A stretch of DNA of 33,581 nucleotides from Abditibacteriaceae bacterium (GCA_031372065.1 JANMKN010000089.1:1-33581), one strand, 5' to 3'; counted from the stretch's first letter, positions 11,092 to 20,230 are shown. Notes: a model not told the origin generated them from the letters alone. Numbers and translations: made by a program.

Positions 11092-11170
11092 CGAACATTA
11101 CAATTCTTTGCTTAAGTTAATGACTATGGGGCATGGCGAGACACGAATGGCTCTGTGTCTCCCCTTCTCC

Positions 11171-11925
11171 CTATCTGGTTTTCGCGGTGAGTTTTTTGTT
11201 CGGTTGCAATTTAAACTCGCGGCGAATGGCGATCTCGGTGCCGGGCGGCCACAGGCCATCGGCGGCGTTTTGAATGGTGCGCCGGTCGGCATCGAGCGCC
11301 GGAACGCTCAAGTCGTTCTCGTCGCCATAAAGTAGCTTCACGAGGGCATCATGCGCCTGCGACAGCGCGGTGTTCGCCGCCGTTTGGGCCGCGTCGGCAT
11401 CTTTCCAACTTTGAAAAGCGTTCTGCACGGCGGCGATTTGCACGGTGCCCACGCTGGGCAGCGGCGCGTCGTCCGAAGCCGCTTGCAGCAAAGTCGGAAT
11501 CAGTTGCAACAACTCGGCGCTACTCATGCTGAACACGTTTTTGCCGATGCCATACAGCGATAAACGCCCCGGCGCGGTGCGTTCCAATTTTTGCGCGGCC
11601 CCGCTCTGGATGGCGCCCACCGCTTTGGCGAGCGCTTTTTGAACGTCGCTTCGTCGGCAGTGGCGGTTTTCTGGACGACCATCCTGTTGGTCATCGCCGT
11701 GGCTTTTTGGCGCGCCAAAGTCGCTCGATTGCCCATGTCCGTGAAAAAAGCGGCGGTCAGGGCGCGCTCATTGATGAAGCGCGCTGGTCGGCCCGCCACC
11801 TGCGAGGCGGCTAACACCTCTTCGACGATTTGCAGCGCCTTGAGGTCTTTGACTGCTATCAATTGACGGCTTTTGGCCGTCTGCGCCGGCGTCGCGGCGG
11901 CGGTCGGTGTGTTGCTGTCTGCCAT
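11171..11925 (-). pseudogene. Alpha-helical hypothetical protein (~250 aa) split by a -1 frameshift at TTC-AAA-AAG (pseudogene, sequencing indel or recoded gene)
   Basis: ORF 11524-11925 (RBS GAGGAGAAGGGG) and ORF 11171-11620 join seamlessly as ...DEATFKK|ALAKAVGAIQSG... if one A is added to the A5 run at 11636-11640. Confidence 0.75.
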
Positions 11926-11958
11926 AAAAATACCCCTTCTCCTCTAAAATTGGCCTCC

Positions 11959-12084
11959 GACACCTTACAGAACCTTATTTTCGCGCTGCAAAGCCTCGTT
12001 GGAACGCTACGAAACCTTGTTGAAGCCCTACGAAGCCTTGTTGGAGCCTTACGAAGTGTTGTTTGAGCCTTGCGCACTGCTCTT
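11959..12084. repeat. Degenerate tandem array, 6 x 21 bp
   Basis: gacaccttacagaaccttatt / ttcgcgctgcaaagcctcgtt / ggaacgctacgaaaccttgtt / gaagccctacgaagccttgtt / ggagccttacgaagtgttgtt / tgagccttgcgcactgctctt. Confidence 0.85.
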
Positions 12085-12235
12085 ACGCGATAGTAATCAG
12101 GTCGCGCGCCTTATCGGATGCAATTTTTATGATAACCACTGCTCTAAAAATTGGCAATGGTGGTGTTTTACGGGCGATACAAGACGGCAGCAGACGAAGA
12201 AATGACACATTCCTCGCGCCTCAAAATCCTAATGC

Positions 12236-12265
12236 GATTGCCCTGCCTGTGATTGCCCTGCCTGT
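12236..12265. repeat. Exact 15-bp tandem duplication
   Basis: GATTGCCCTGCCTGT x2. Confidence 0.8.
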
Positions 12266-12392
12266 GCCTGCGAGCGCGCGTATTCGGATAAACGCACTTT
12301 CATAACAGAAACTAATTCTTTGGCTTGCGCGCGATGCTTGTCGGCGACAGCAAGGCGCACTTGGCCTTGTTTATGGCCAAGCCTCGGTTAAT

Positions 12393-12857
12393 TTAATGCT
12401 GATTGCGGCGGCAAATTTCGAGGTTGAGATAAGTGGCGAAACTGACCCACAGCAAATACGGAATCAGCAACTTGGCCGCGCGCGGCGCTTTGCTGTTGAA
12501 TTCGCGCATGGTGAATAGAATCATGACCCACAGCGCCATGATATTGGCCAGCGCCGCGCAAGGTGCTTTGGCGCCGAAGAAAACCAAAGTCCATGTGCCG
12601 TTTAGCAAAAGTTGACCGGCATAAAGCGCGTGTCCGGCGCGTTTTTCGTCCGTGCTTTGCGAGGTCGTGTAAAGGTAATGCGCCACGCCCATCATCAAAT
12701 AAAGCGTTGTCCACACCGGCGCGAAAACCCAAGACGGCGGATTGCCCGGTGGCTTTTCTAAACCGCGATACCATTCGTCCGGCTTTGATACAATGCCCGA
12801 CAGCGAAGGCAAAAACGCCAGTGCGATGCAGCCCGCAAGAATTTTCCAGTTTTTCAT
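12393..12857 (-). CDS. tspO: TspO/MBR tryptophan-rich sensory protein
   Basis: WYRGLEKPPGNPPSWVFAPVWTTLYLMMG, QLLLNGTWTLVFFG, LLIPYLLWVSFATYLN; start trimmed to MKNWK. Confidence 0.93.
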   Translation of the reverse strand: MKNWKILAGCIALAFLPSLSGIVSKPDEWYRGLEKPPGNPPSWVFAPVWTTLYLMMGVAHYLYTTSQSTDEKRAGHALYAGQLLLNGTWTLVFFGAKAPCAALANIMALWVMILFTMREFNSKAPRAAKLLIPYLLWVSFATYLNLEICRRNQH

Positions 12858-12863
12858 GGTTGA

Positions 12864-12950
12864 AACACAAAGGGCACAAAGTTCGCACAAAAAACACAAA
12901 GTTTTTGCTTTTCTTAGTGTTCTTTGTGCGAACTTTGTGCCCTTTGTGTT
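12864..12950. repeat. Intergenic palindrome built from CACAAAG units
   Basis: 28-bp perfect arms 12864-12891 / 12923-12950. Confidence 0.9.
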
Positions 12951-12960
12951 GAAGCAGAAA

Positions 12961-13914
12961 TTAAGCGTAGATTTGTTCTTCCCAATCCTCGACAAGTGGT
13001 TCGGGCGATTGCATGGCGAAGGCGACGGCTTCGTCCACTTCGGCGGTGACTTCTTCGTCCAAGGCGGCGAATTCCTGGTCGGAAACGCCAATGGCAAGGC
13101 GCAGTTTTTCGATACAATCGCGGCTGCGCCACTCTTCTTCTTCTTCGCGCGTGCGATATTCGCGCTTATCGCTTTTGCTGTGGCCGTAGTAGCGATAAGT
13201 GTGCATTTCCAAAAGTGTCGGGCCTTCGCCCTTTTGTGCGCGTTCAACAGCTTTTTGCGTGGCTTCGCGCACCGCGAAAAAGTCGGTGCCGTCAACCGTT
13301 TCGCCGGGGAAGCCATAACCGGCGGCGCGGGCTGCAACCGTGGGCGTGGCGCAGGTTTCATCGAAGGGCGTGGACATGGCGTAAAGGTTATTTTCGCAAA
13401 CGTAGAGAATCGGCAAGCGCCAGATGGCGGCCATGTTCAGGCTTTCATGAAACGTGCCCTGATTGGCGCCGCCTTCGCCGAAAAACGACACCACACAGTT
13501 CGCTTTCTTGCGCATTTGCAGCGACAGCGCGGCGCCGGTGGCAATCGGCAAACCGCCCGCTGTGATGCCGTTGGAGCCAAGAAACCCGACGCTATAATCG
13601 GCGACGTGCTGACTGCCGCCGCGCCCTTTCGATGGCCCTGTGGCTTTGCCGAAAAGCTCGGCCATTAATTCTTTGGCGCCGCCGCCTTTGGCTAAAAAGT
13701 GACCGTGCCCGCGATGCGTGGAAGTGATTAAATCGTCGTTGGTCAGCACTGCGCAAATGCCGACAGCGACGGCTTCTTGCCCCGCGTAAAGATGCGAAGT
13801 GCCTTTAATAACGCCGGAGGCAAAAAGATCATCAAGGCGCTCTTCAAAGCGGCGAATGAGCAGCATCATGCGCAGAGGCGGCATTAAGTTTTCGTTTGGA
13901 GTCATTCGATTCAT
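12961..13914 (-). CDS. TPP-dependent dehydrogenase E1 alpha subunit (pyruvate/acetoin type)
   Basis: HLYAGQEA, STHRGHGH, GRGGSQH, FFGEGGANQGTFHESLN, CENNLYA, YRYYGHS. Confidence 0.92.
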   Translation of the reverse strand: MNRMTPNENLMPPLRMMLLIRRFEERLDDLFASGVIKGTSHLYAGQEAVAVGICAVLTNDDLITSTHRGHGHFLAKGGGAKELMAELFGKATGPSKGRGGSQHVADYSVGFLGSNGITAGGLPIATGAALSLQMRKKANCVVSFFGEGGANQGTFHESLNMAAIWRLPILYVCENNLYAMSTPFDETCATPTVAARAAGYGFPGETVDGTDFFAVREATQKAVERAQKGEGPTLLEMHTYRYYGHSKSDKREYRTREEEEEWRSRDCIEKLRLAIGVSDQEFAALDEEVTAEVDEAVAFAMQSPEPLVEDWEEQIYA

Positions 13915-13934
13915 CAAATTCTTTCAAGAAATTG

Positions 13935-14702
13935 TTAGCTTACAGTCAAGGCGATGTTCGATACCAAATGGCAGTTGTCGCATTTGAAATCAAATTTGTG
14001 CCACGGTTCCGCCAATAACCACTCGCCACCACAGCCGGGACAGCGAAGTTTTCGTTCGGAGGCCATACTCCGGCCATAATACCGATACAAGTAATAATAT
14101 ACGGTTTGTTTTGTGGATTCCGAAATCTTACAGCAAATTTCCAGCCCAGCGCGTGTCAGTTTACTATCCAAACGTGACATCTCTTTCATGGCAGAACGTG
14201 CTAAAACCGTGCAGTGCATTTGCAGGGTGTCACAGCATTGATAATCCGCTTCCCAATGTCGCAAATCCCAGTATTCATTGTGGTAAGTCGGCGAGACTCG
14301 GTAAAGTGGCACAGGGCAAAAACACCGGGCGCAACGCAATGGTGGCTCTACCGTGAGATAACGGGTGTAGAGTATAAAATCCATGAATTGCGTGCATTCA
14401 CAAGGTCCAATACTTTCCACATCGGCGCCTATCACAGTAAAAACAGGTCGTTGTCCACCAGTCACTATAAATTGTTCTATGTCTCTTTCAACCCATTGAT
14501 TGTTATGTTTGGTTTCCAATGCATCTTCATCGGGGATAAGAACAAAAGCGGAAAATCCATTGGGTGTTGTGAGCAGTGGATGGTCGCGGCTACAAAGCTG
14601 TCCGTTGCTCAAAAGCGCACCAAGAATATTGCTGGCTGCCTTCTGCGCTTCCTCATCCCACTCGGACGGATTAAAGGGGAAATTTATTTGGGCGAAAAAC
14701 AT
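13935..14702 (-). CDS. Zn-ribbon-containing protein, DUF2310-like
   Basis: NGQ, PLRCARCFCPVPLY, YQCCDTLQM, YYYLYR, CPGCGGEWLL, FDFKCDNCHLVSN; AT-richer than flanks. Confidence 0.85.
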   Translation of the reverse strand: MFFAQINFPFNPSEWDEEAQKAASNILGALLSNGQLCSRDHPLLTTPNGFSAFVLIPDEDALETKHNNQWVERDIEQFIVTGGQRPVFTVIGADVESIGPCECTQFMDFILYTRYLTVEPPLRCARCFCPVPLYRVSPTYHNEYWDLRHWEADYQCCDTLQMHCTVLARSAMKEMSRLDSKLTRAGLEICCKISESTKQTVYYYLYRYYGRSMASERKLRCPGCGGEWLLAEPWHKFDFKCDNCHLVSNIALTVS

Positions 14703-14752
14703 AACCGTCTCGAAAACCTTTTCACAGGTTAAAAAGTCCCAAAAAGATAACC

Positions 14753-14853
14753 TGTCATTCTTAACGGCGTCGGGTGTCCTTTGGGCAGGACGCCCAGAAG
14801 AATCCCCAGAGTGAGAGGGGATTCTTCGTCTCGTTCCTCACCTCAGAATGACA
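14753..14853. repeat. TGTCATTC...GAATGACA palindromic element with inner GAAGAATC/GATTCTTC stem
   Basis: Terminal IR TGTCATTCT/AGAATGACA; inner GAAGAATCCCC/GGGGATTCTTC and GGGTGTCCT/AGGACGCCC hairpins. Confidence 0.75.
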
Positions 14854-15036
14854 AAAGTCTCGTTTGTCGCCTCAATGTAAGACTTTTCAAACTGTTTCGT
14901 TAGAATAACCGCGTGTGCCCCAAGTTGCGAGCAATCTGCGTGTGCGTCCTTGGATTGTGTGCCGCTTTGAGTTGGTGTTTACTCAAGGCGCAAGCAAAGA
15001 ATTTTCAATTGCGATATGAGAATGGGAGAGCAGAAA

Positions 15037-15762
15037 ATGCGTTTTACAAGCCGATTCACTTTAACAGGTTTACTTGCTACATTGTCCGCCGCGATTTTCA
15101 TGGCGGGTTGTGGTGGCGGTGGCAGCAGCGGCCCGGTTCCTGACCCGAATCCTTTCGCCGGCAGTTACAAGGGCGTTTATTTTGTGACGGCGGGAAAAAA
15201 TGCGGGCGATGCACGATTTTTTAGTTTGAAGGTTCTGGCAAGTGGCGCCATTTCCAGCGAAGCCAGTTCTCTTAATGCCGCCGCCGGAACTGTGAAAGAT
15301 GACGGGAAAATCGCTTTTACGCGGCGCGAAGGCGATTCCACTACCACTTCAGCCCTCGGTCAACTGTTGTTGCCCGGAATCGGGACAATGATCGCTAAAA
15401 ACACGGGTGGCGATGAGTTTTTAGCTGCGCTTTCGCGCATTAACAGCAAAAAAACCAGCTTCGACGGCAATTATTACGGCACAACCCGCGTTCGCACCGG
15501 CACCGGCGTGGGCACTGTGGAAGCTATCGCAGTTGGCGTCAAATCCTCCGGCGCCACGACGATTCTGCTGACCAACGCCAATGGCACCAGTCGCCAGTTG
15601 ACAGGCACCGCCAACCTTACAACCGGTGCCCTAACTGCCACCGGGCCAGCAGGCGCCGATACAATTACCATCACGGTGCAACTCGCCAAAACCGGTCAAG
15701 CAGGCGGCGCATTCGACACTCCCACCAGCCACGGCACAGTAGCGCTGAATAAATCGAATTGA
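15037..15762 (+). CDS. Predicted lipoprotein with two beta-rich repeats
   Basis: RBS GGGAGAG; lipobox MAGC then GGGGSS linker; FAGSYKG / FDGNYYG internal repeat. Confidence 0.8.
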   Translation: MRFTSRFTLTGLLATLSAAIFMAGCGGGGSSGPVPDPNPFAGSYKGVYFVTAGKNAGDARFFSLKVLASGAISSEASSLNAAAGTVKDDGKIAFTRREGDSTTTSALGQLLLPGIGTMIAKNTGGDEFLAALSRINSKKTSFDGNYYGTTRVRTGTGVGTVEAIAVGVKSSGATTILLTNANGTSRQLTGTANLTTGALTATGPAGADTITITVQLAKTGQAGGAFDTPTSHGTVALNKSN

Positions 15763-15822
15763 CAACCTCAGTCGCTTCATTGCCTTGCAAAAAATAACAA
15801 GCAGCGCTGGAAGAGAAACATT

Positions 15823-17010
15823 ATGAAACAAGCGAAACTGCTGTTAGTTTTGGGCGCAGCGAATTTCGCGTTTGCCGCGCAAGCGCAAAGCGAAATTCCT
15901 GCGCTGGTTGAAAAAAACCGCGTGGAAACTCAAACGCTCAAGGTAATCCAAATTCGCAACGTCACGCCGTCCGTCATTGCACATTGGCTTGATGCGAAGC
16001 AATTTTCTCCATCTTCCCTTGAACAGCGTTCGTTGGTGTCGTGGACGGGAAGCGGCTATAGCAAAGAGGACGCGCCTCAATTAAAGTCGCCGGTGCCCGC
16101 TGCCTTGCCCGATGGCGTGCGCATCACCAAAGTTGCAGACGATCAAAACACGCTGGTAATCGCGGGCAGTGAAACCGCAGTTCAGCAAGCCGAAGCGTTA
16201 ATCCGGCAGTTAGATTTGCCGTTTAAGCAAGTCGAAATTGAATGCCAATTGGTTCGTGTGGACGAGGCCCTTTTGAAAGCGGCACGCTTTCCCTTCGCGC
16301 CGATTGGCAAAACATTGGCGGGCGGCATTTTGCAACAGGCCAAACCTGAGCGGAACGTGCCGCTAACTTTGAACAACTGGACAAATAACGCCAAAACTCA
16401 AATTTTGATGGCGCCTCGCGTAGTAGCCATCATGGACTTAGCGGGCAGCATTCGCACTGAAACTATAACTTCAGGCTCTTTTGTGATAGAAAGCGGTTCT
16501 ATTGCAAAAGATGGTTTACCTTCGGTGCAGCAATTTGATCACATCAACACGCCCAGTGAGAGAATGCCACGCTTTATTTCCTCCTATGGCATGACAATAG
16601 TTCCGCAAATTATAGAACAGCGCTCTGTTCAGGCCCGCGTGCAATTAGGACGCAATTTACTTTTGGGCTTTTATAAGCCGTTGCCAGTTTCTGAATCCGA
16701 AAAGGCAGATTTAGAAATGCGGTCAAAAAACGGAAAACTTTCCGCTGAGGAACAGGAAAAACTGACATCTCTGGTATTAGGAATCGAAAAATACCGCCAC
16801 TTTTTGCGCGCCACTGATGGATTTGATGAGGTTATCACTTTGCAAGACGGCGAAACCACAGTTTTGACCGGCTTTACCGAGGATTTGATGTGGGGCAAAC
16901 CGACTTCCACAGAAGAAGCGCTCAAGCGACAAGGAACAACCTTGGTCGCGTTTGTCACATTTAGAATCATTCATCGCCTTGACGAAATGGCGAGCGTGCC
17001 CGGCACTTAA
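15823..17010 (+). CDS. Secretin-like protein (N-domain plus degenerate secretin domain)
   Basis: Signal peptide; ADDQNTLVIAGSETAVQQAEALIRQLDLPFKQVEIECQLV; MAPRV; LQDGETTVLTG; LVAFVTFRII. Confidence 0.75.
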   Translation: MKQAKLLLVLGAANFAFAAQAQSEIPALVEKNRVETQTLKVIQIRNVTPSVIAHWLDAKQFSPSSLEQRSLVSWTGSGYSKEDAPQLKSPVPAALPDGVRITKVADDQNTLVIAGSETAVQQAEALIRQLDLPFKQVEIECQLVRVDEALLKAARFPFAPIGKTLAGGILQQAKPERNVPLTLNNWTNNAKTQILMAPRVVAIMDLAGSIRTETITSGSFVIESGSIAKDGLPSVQQFDHINTPSERMPRFISSYGMTIVPQIIEQRSVQARVQLGRNLLLGFYKPLPVSESEKADLEMRSKNGKLSAEEQEKLTSLVLGIEKYRHFLRATDGFDEVITLQDGETTVLTGFTEDLMWGKPTSTEEALKRQGTTLVAFVTFRIIHRLDEMASVPGT

Positions 17011-17117
17011 AAAGAAGTTCGCGCCTGATTTTGTAGCTACCAACTTGTTAAGGGCTATATCGCCAGAGAACGCCCTAATACGCCCTAACACGCCCGATGT
17101 TTTAGCTTCTTTCGCGC

Positions 17118-19121
17118 CTATTTTGCGCCGTTTTGTGCTTCGCCACCTGTTGCTTTCGTTGGCGTTGGGCGTCCCAGATTTGGTTTCGGCTCCAATTTCT
17201 CCCACGCATTGAGCGCATTTATGTCCTTTTGCGGGAAGACAAACGAGGGAATCGAAATGTCTTCAGGAGAAGTGATGCGCTTCAAATCGGAACCATCTAA
17301 CTTGACGGTGTAAATGCAAACCGAACCAGAATCTTGCGCGGAACCCGACCACCGCAGCGCCGAAAACGTGATGGTTTGACCCTCCGGACTTAAGGTTGCT
17401 ACCTTCATAATCAACGGGCGACCATTGGGTAAATCGGGATCGTGCAATTCAGGAAAAGTTAGCGTCTTTCGTGTTTTTTCATCAACACCAATCATTTCAA
17501 AAGGCACTTTTGGCTGTTTTTCCTCCGCCAAAGGCGAGGCGACGGGTGGTTTCTTATAAGCCACCAAAACCTGCTTGCTTTCCGGCATCCAACTCAAGCG
17601 TTCTGGTTCACCCACCAATTCCACAATTTTATCGGGCACGTTTTTGGAGGAAGGATCCGAGGATACTCGAAATAACGACCAATTGGGTTGAGGCACTTTC
17701 TCCGTCCATTTATCTTTATGCGCAAAGACGATCCATTTCCCATCGGGGCTGAATACAGGGAGAATATCGGGGCCGGGTAAATGCGCCGCACACCATTGAC
17801 GTTCCATTGAGGCTGGGCCAAGATATTTGGATATTTTGGCGACAAAAATATCGTCATCCTCGCTGCCTACCCCATCGCTTGGCGAATGCGTGCCTGACAT
17901 AGCCAGCAAACTTTCGGTAGGGTGCCAACTCGGCATAGTGCGCATGGCTCGCATACGATCATTGCATATGCCCATCACGCCTTTTTGCAAATCCAGCACA
18001 AATATCTCACCCCCGTAAGCAAAAGCAATCCTGTTCCCATCGGCATACAAAGAAGGAAATTGCATCAAACCTTGGAAGGTCATCGCAGCGCGTAAATCGC
18101 CCTCGCGCCAGAGACACAACACCGTCAAATATGGTATCTGTTTTTTCTCTTTTGCTTCGCGGCGCACCTGCTCGTTCGCAGCAGCGCTACCTAAATCTAC
18201 CCACCGAAATGTCATCACCGCGAGCGCCTTGTGGTCAAGATTCCATGAAGGCCAGTAGTCTTGAGTTGGCAGACCATATGGTGTGGGAATTGGTGGCCTT
18301 AATTGAGTGGTCTTGAGTGGTTGAACTTGGTTCACAGTAGAAGACATTTCCTTGCCTAATTCATCAATGAAAACGTCGGCGATGGATTCAGCGATTACCT
18401 TGCCTTCTTCTGGGGAATCATGAAGGATTACAGTGCCTCGTGCCTGAATGTGCCAATGCAATTGCTGCGGGGAACTTGGAATAACCATGATCTCAATCTT
18501 TTCAACTGTCCATCCCGGCAGCAAGTTCACCATGGGCTTAACGGTTTCAATGGCTTGTTCACGGCTCATTTTTGGCTTCAGGCTTTTCAGATTAACTGTA
18601 TGTTCGACCCACTGGTAATCAACAACCTCACCTGTCGAAGCACTCAAAGACAAGAATACAGCCGATGGATAAATCACATCATCAATCTGTTTGACCCAAT
18701 GGAAATTATAAATCTTGCCTAAACCTAAGTTACTACGATCATCAAAGGTTACTGGACGCAGCGTCAAATAGGTGGTGGTTGGTTTAGCGCGATTTTCCAG
18801 GAAGTCCTGTGCTACCGCCGTAGCTTGTTCTAAAGTCAACTCAACCTTTTGTGGAACAGTGGTGCCTTTGAAACAAGTCAAACGGCAAACTAATCCAGAG
18901 GTCGAATCTACATCTATGTCGATACCCTCATCTGAATTGGTAAAATGAAAGCACTTCTTCTCTTTACCCTCCAAATCACCAACTCTACGCCAACCTGACA
19001 GGCGCAAAGCAACCTGCTTTCCAATGAAAGTGACTGCCTTTTCCTTCGCCGTAGCCTCCGAAATTTCAGCGTGAGCTGTCAGAGGCAACCAAATAATCAG
19101 ACACAAAAGTAAAAAGCGCAT
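17118..19121 (-). CDS. Secreted protein: PepSY/YcdB-like N-terminal repeats plus TolB-like (PD40) beta-propeller
   Basis: Signal peptide; ISEATAKEKA, LTLEQATAVAQDFL, MSREQAIE; PSW, PVFSPDGKWIVF, LSPEGQTITF, LDGSDLKRIT. Confidence 0.75.
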   Translation of the reverse strand: MRFLLLCLIIWLPLTAHAEISEATAKEKAVTFIGKQVALRLSGWRRVGDLEGKEKKCFHFTNSDEGIDIDVDSTSGLVCRLTCFKGTTVPQKVELTLEQATAVAQDFLENRAKPTTTYLTLRPVTFDDRSNLGLGKIYNFHWVKQIDDVIYPSAVFLSLSASTGEVVDYQWVEHTVNLKSLKPKMSREQAIETVKPMVNLLPGWTVEKIEIMVIPSSPQQLHWHIQARGTVILHDSPEEGKVIAESIADVFIDELGKEMSSTVNQVQPLKTTQLRPPIPTPYGLPTQDYWPSWNLDHKALAVMTFRWVDLGSAAANEQVRREAKEKKQIPYLTVLCLWREGDLRAAMTFQGLMQFPSLYADGNRIAFAYGGEIFVLDLQKGVMGICNDRMRAMRTMPSWHPTESLLAMSGTHSPSDGVGSEDDDIFVAKISKYLGPASMERQWCAAHLPGPDILPVFSPDGKWIVFAHKDKWTEKVPQPNWSLFRVSSDPSSKNVPDKIVELVGEPERLSWMPESKQVLVAYKKPPVASPLAEEKQPKVPFEMIGVDEKTRKTLTFPELHDPDLPNGRPLIMKVATLSPEGQTITFSALRWSGSAQDSGSVCIYTVKLDGSDLKRITSPEDISIPSFVFPQKDINALNAWEKLEPKPNLGRPTPTKATGGEAQNGAK

Positions 19122-19185
19122 GGTTTAATTCTTCCTTTCTATCGAGTGAGCTCAAAAAAGTCCTTTATTTCGCAGGAAATGAAGT

Positions 19186-19950
19186 TTATGTCTCGTTTGC
19201 TTTCAGTTCGCGCATTTGCGAATTTAATTCGCGTCCATGCACCAACAACAGCAACGTCGCCATGAAGGGTAAAGCCGGGACGCCTTGCGGAATGACTAAA
19301 AGCGAGAGAAAACCCATGCCAAACGCAGCGCACATGGCGACGAAAGTTTTGCCTTCAGGCAGATGGAAACGGCGCGCTCCCGCGAAATAAAGCGCTAAGA
19401 AAATGAAATCGCCCGCGCCAATGATGGGAATCGCACCTCCTTGTCCGATAACGCCCCATTGGTAGGAAACATAAGGAAAAATATCCGATTGTAACGTGAC
19501 TTTGGAAGGCCCTGAATAAACGCTAAAAATGTCGGTGACCGCGCCCACAATAGCCGCCATGATGAGATAATTAGGCTTTTGCAGACCACGCGCGACAATC
19601 AAACCCGCGCCCAGCGCCGCCGCTAAAACGCCTAAATTCCCCAGTGCCAAAAACAACAAATAAAACAAACTTTTCGTATCAGCCAGCAGCAACGCGGCGC
19701 GATTGCAAACAATATCAGCCACCACGCCACCGGCGATCATGGTTCGCAGACGTTGCGCATTATCTGCGTCGCGCGAAAACAAAAATACCAGCCAAATACC
19801 GATAATCGCGCCGCACCAACCCGTCCAAAATTGCGGATAAAAACTGTCGCTGCGCGGCAAAGTCGCGGCAATTGTGCCGAAAACTAAAAAGCAAACCATG
19901 TAAAACAGCAGCGAAGGCCACAAGCGAGCCGGAGAAAAGAAGCGATGCAT
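19186..19950 (-). CDS. GxGD-type intramembrane aspartyl protease-like protein (presenilin/SPP-like)
   Basis: Polytopic membrane protein with TDIFSV (YD equivalent), IGAGDFIF and VPALPF in canonical order; start trimmed to MHRFF. Confidence 0.7.
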   Translation of the reverse strand: MHRFFSPARLWPSLLFYMVCFLVFGTIAATLPRSDSFYPQFWTGWCGAIIGIWLVFLFSRDADNAQRLRTMIAGGVVADIVCNRAALLLADTKSLFYLLFLALGNLGVLAAALGAGLIVARGLQKPNYLIMAAIVGAVTDIFSVYSGPSKVTLQSDIFPYVSYQWGVIGQGGAIPIIGAGDFIFLALYFAGARRFHLPEGKTFVAMCAAFGMGFLSLLVIPQGVPALPFMATLLLLVHGRELNSQMRELKANET

Positions 19951-20071
19951 AAATCGTAGGAAACTGTTCGCAAAAGTTTGGAAAATCGCGTCCCAGTTTC
20001 GCCGATTTATGATATTTTTGCTGCCCATATTCCCGCGTGCCAATCGCCTTTAAGCCGCGCCAGCAATCTTC

Positions 20072-20168
20072 TGTAGTTGTAAATCAGGCTCTTGTTATGG
20101 AGGCCGAGCAGCCATAAAATCGTGGCGTGCAAATCGTGAATGTGCAGGCGGTTTTCGACGGCGTGCAG
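20072..20168 (-). pseudogene. Duplicated fragment of the DUF1501 gene 3' region
   Basis: Gapless 97-bp match to 21105-21201 with 11 mismatches by manual count; LHAVENRLHIHDLHATILWLLGL. Confidence 0.85.
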
Positions 20169-20230
20169 AGCACAATGCACGTAAGGTCGCTCTGACGCAA
20201 GGCAGCGAAGTTTCCGGCGGTTAAAAACCA

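Noticed and set aside
12858..13361. Long N-terminal extension of TspO (322-aa ORF)
   Set aside because: It overlaps the E1-alpha gene out of frame and runs through a palindrome; TspO homology starts at MKNWK.
17071..17097. Short 10-bp tandem CGCCCTAATA/CGCCCTAACA
   Set aside because: Only about 2.5 copies between convergent genes; too little to interpret.
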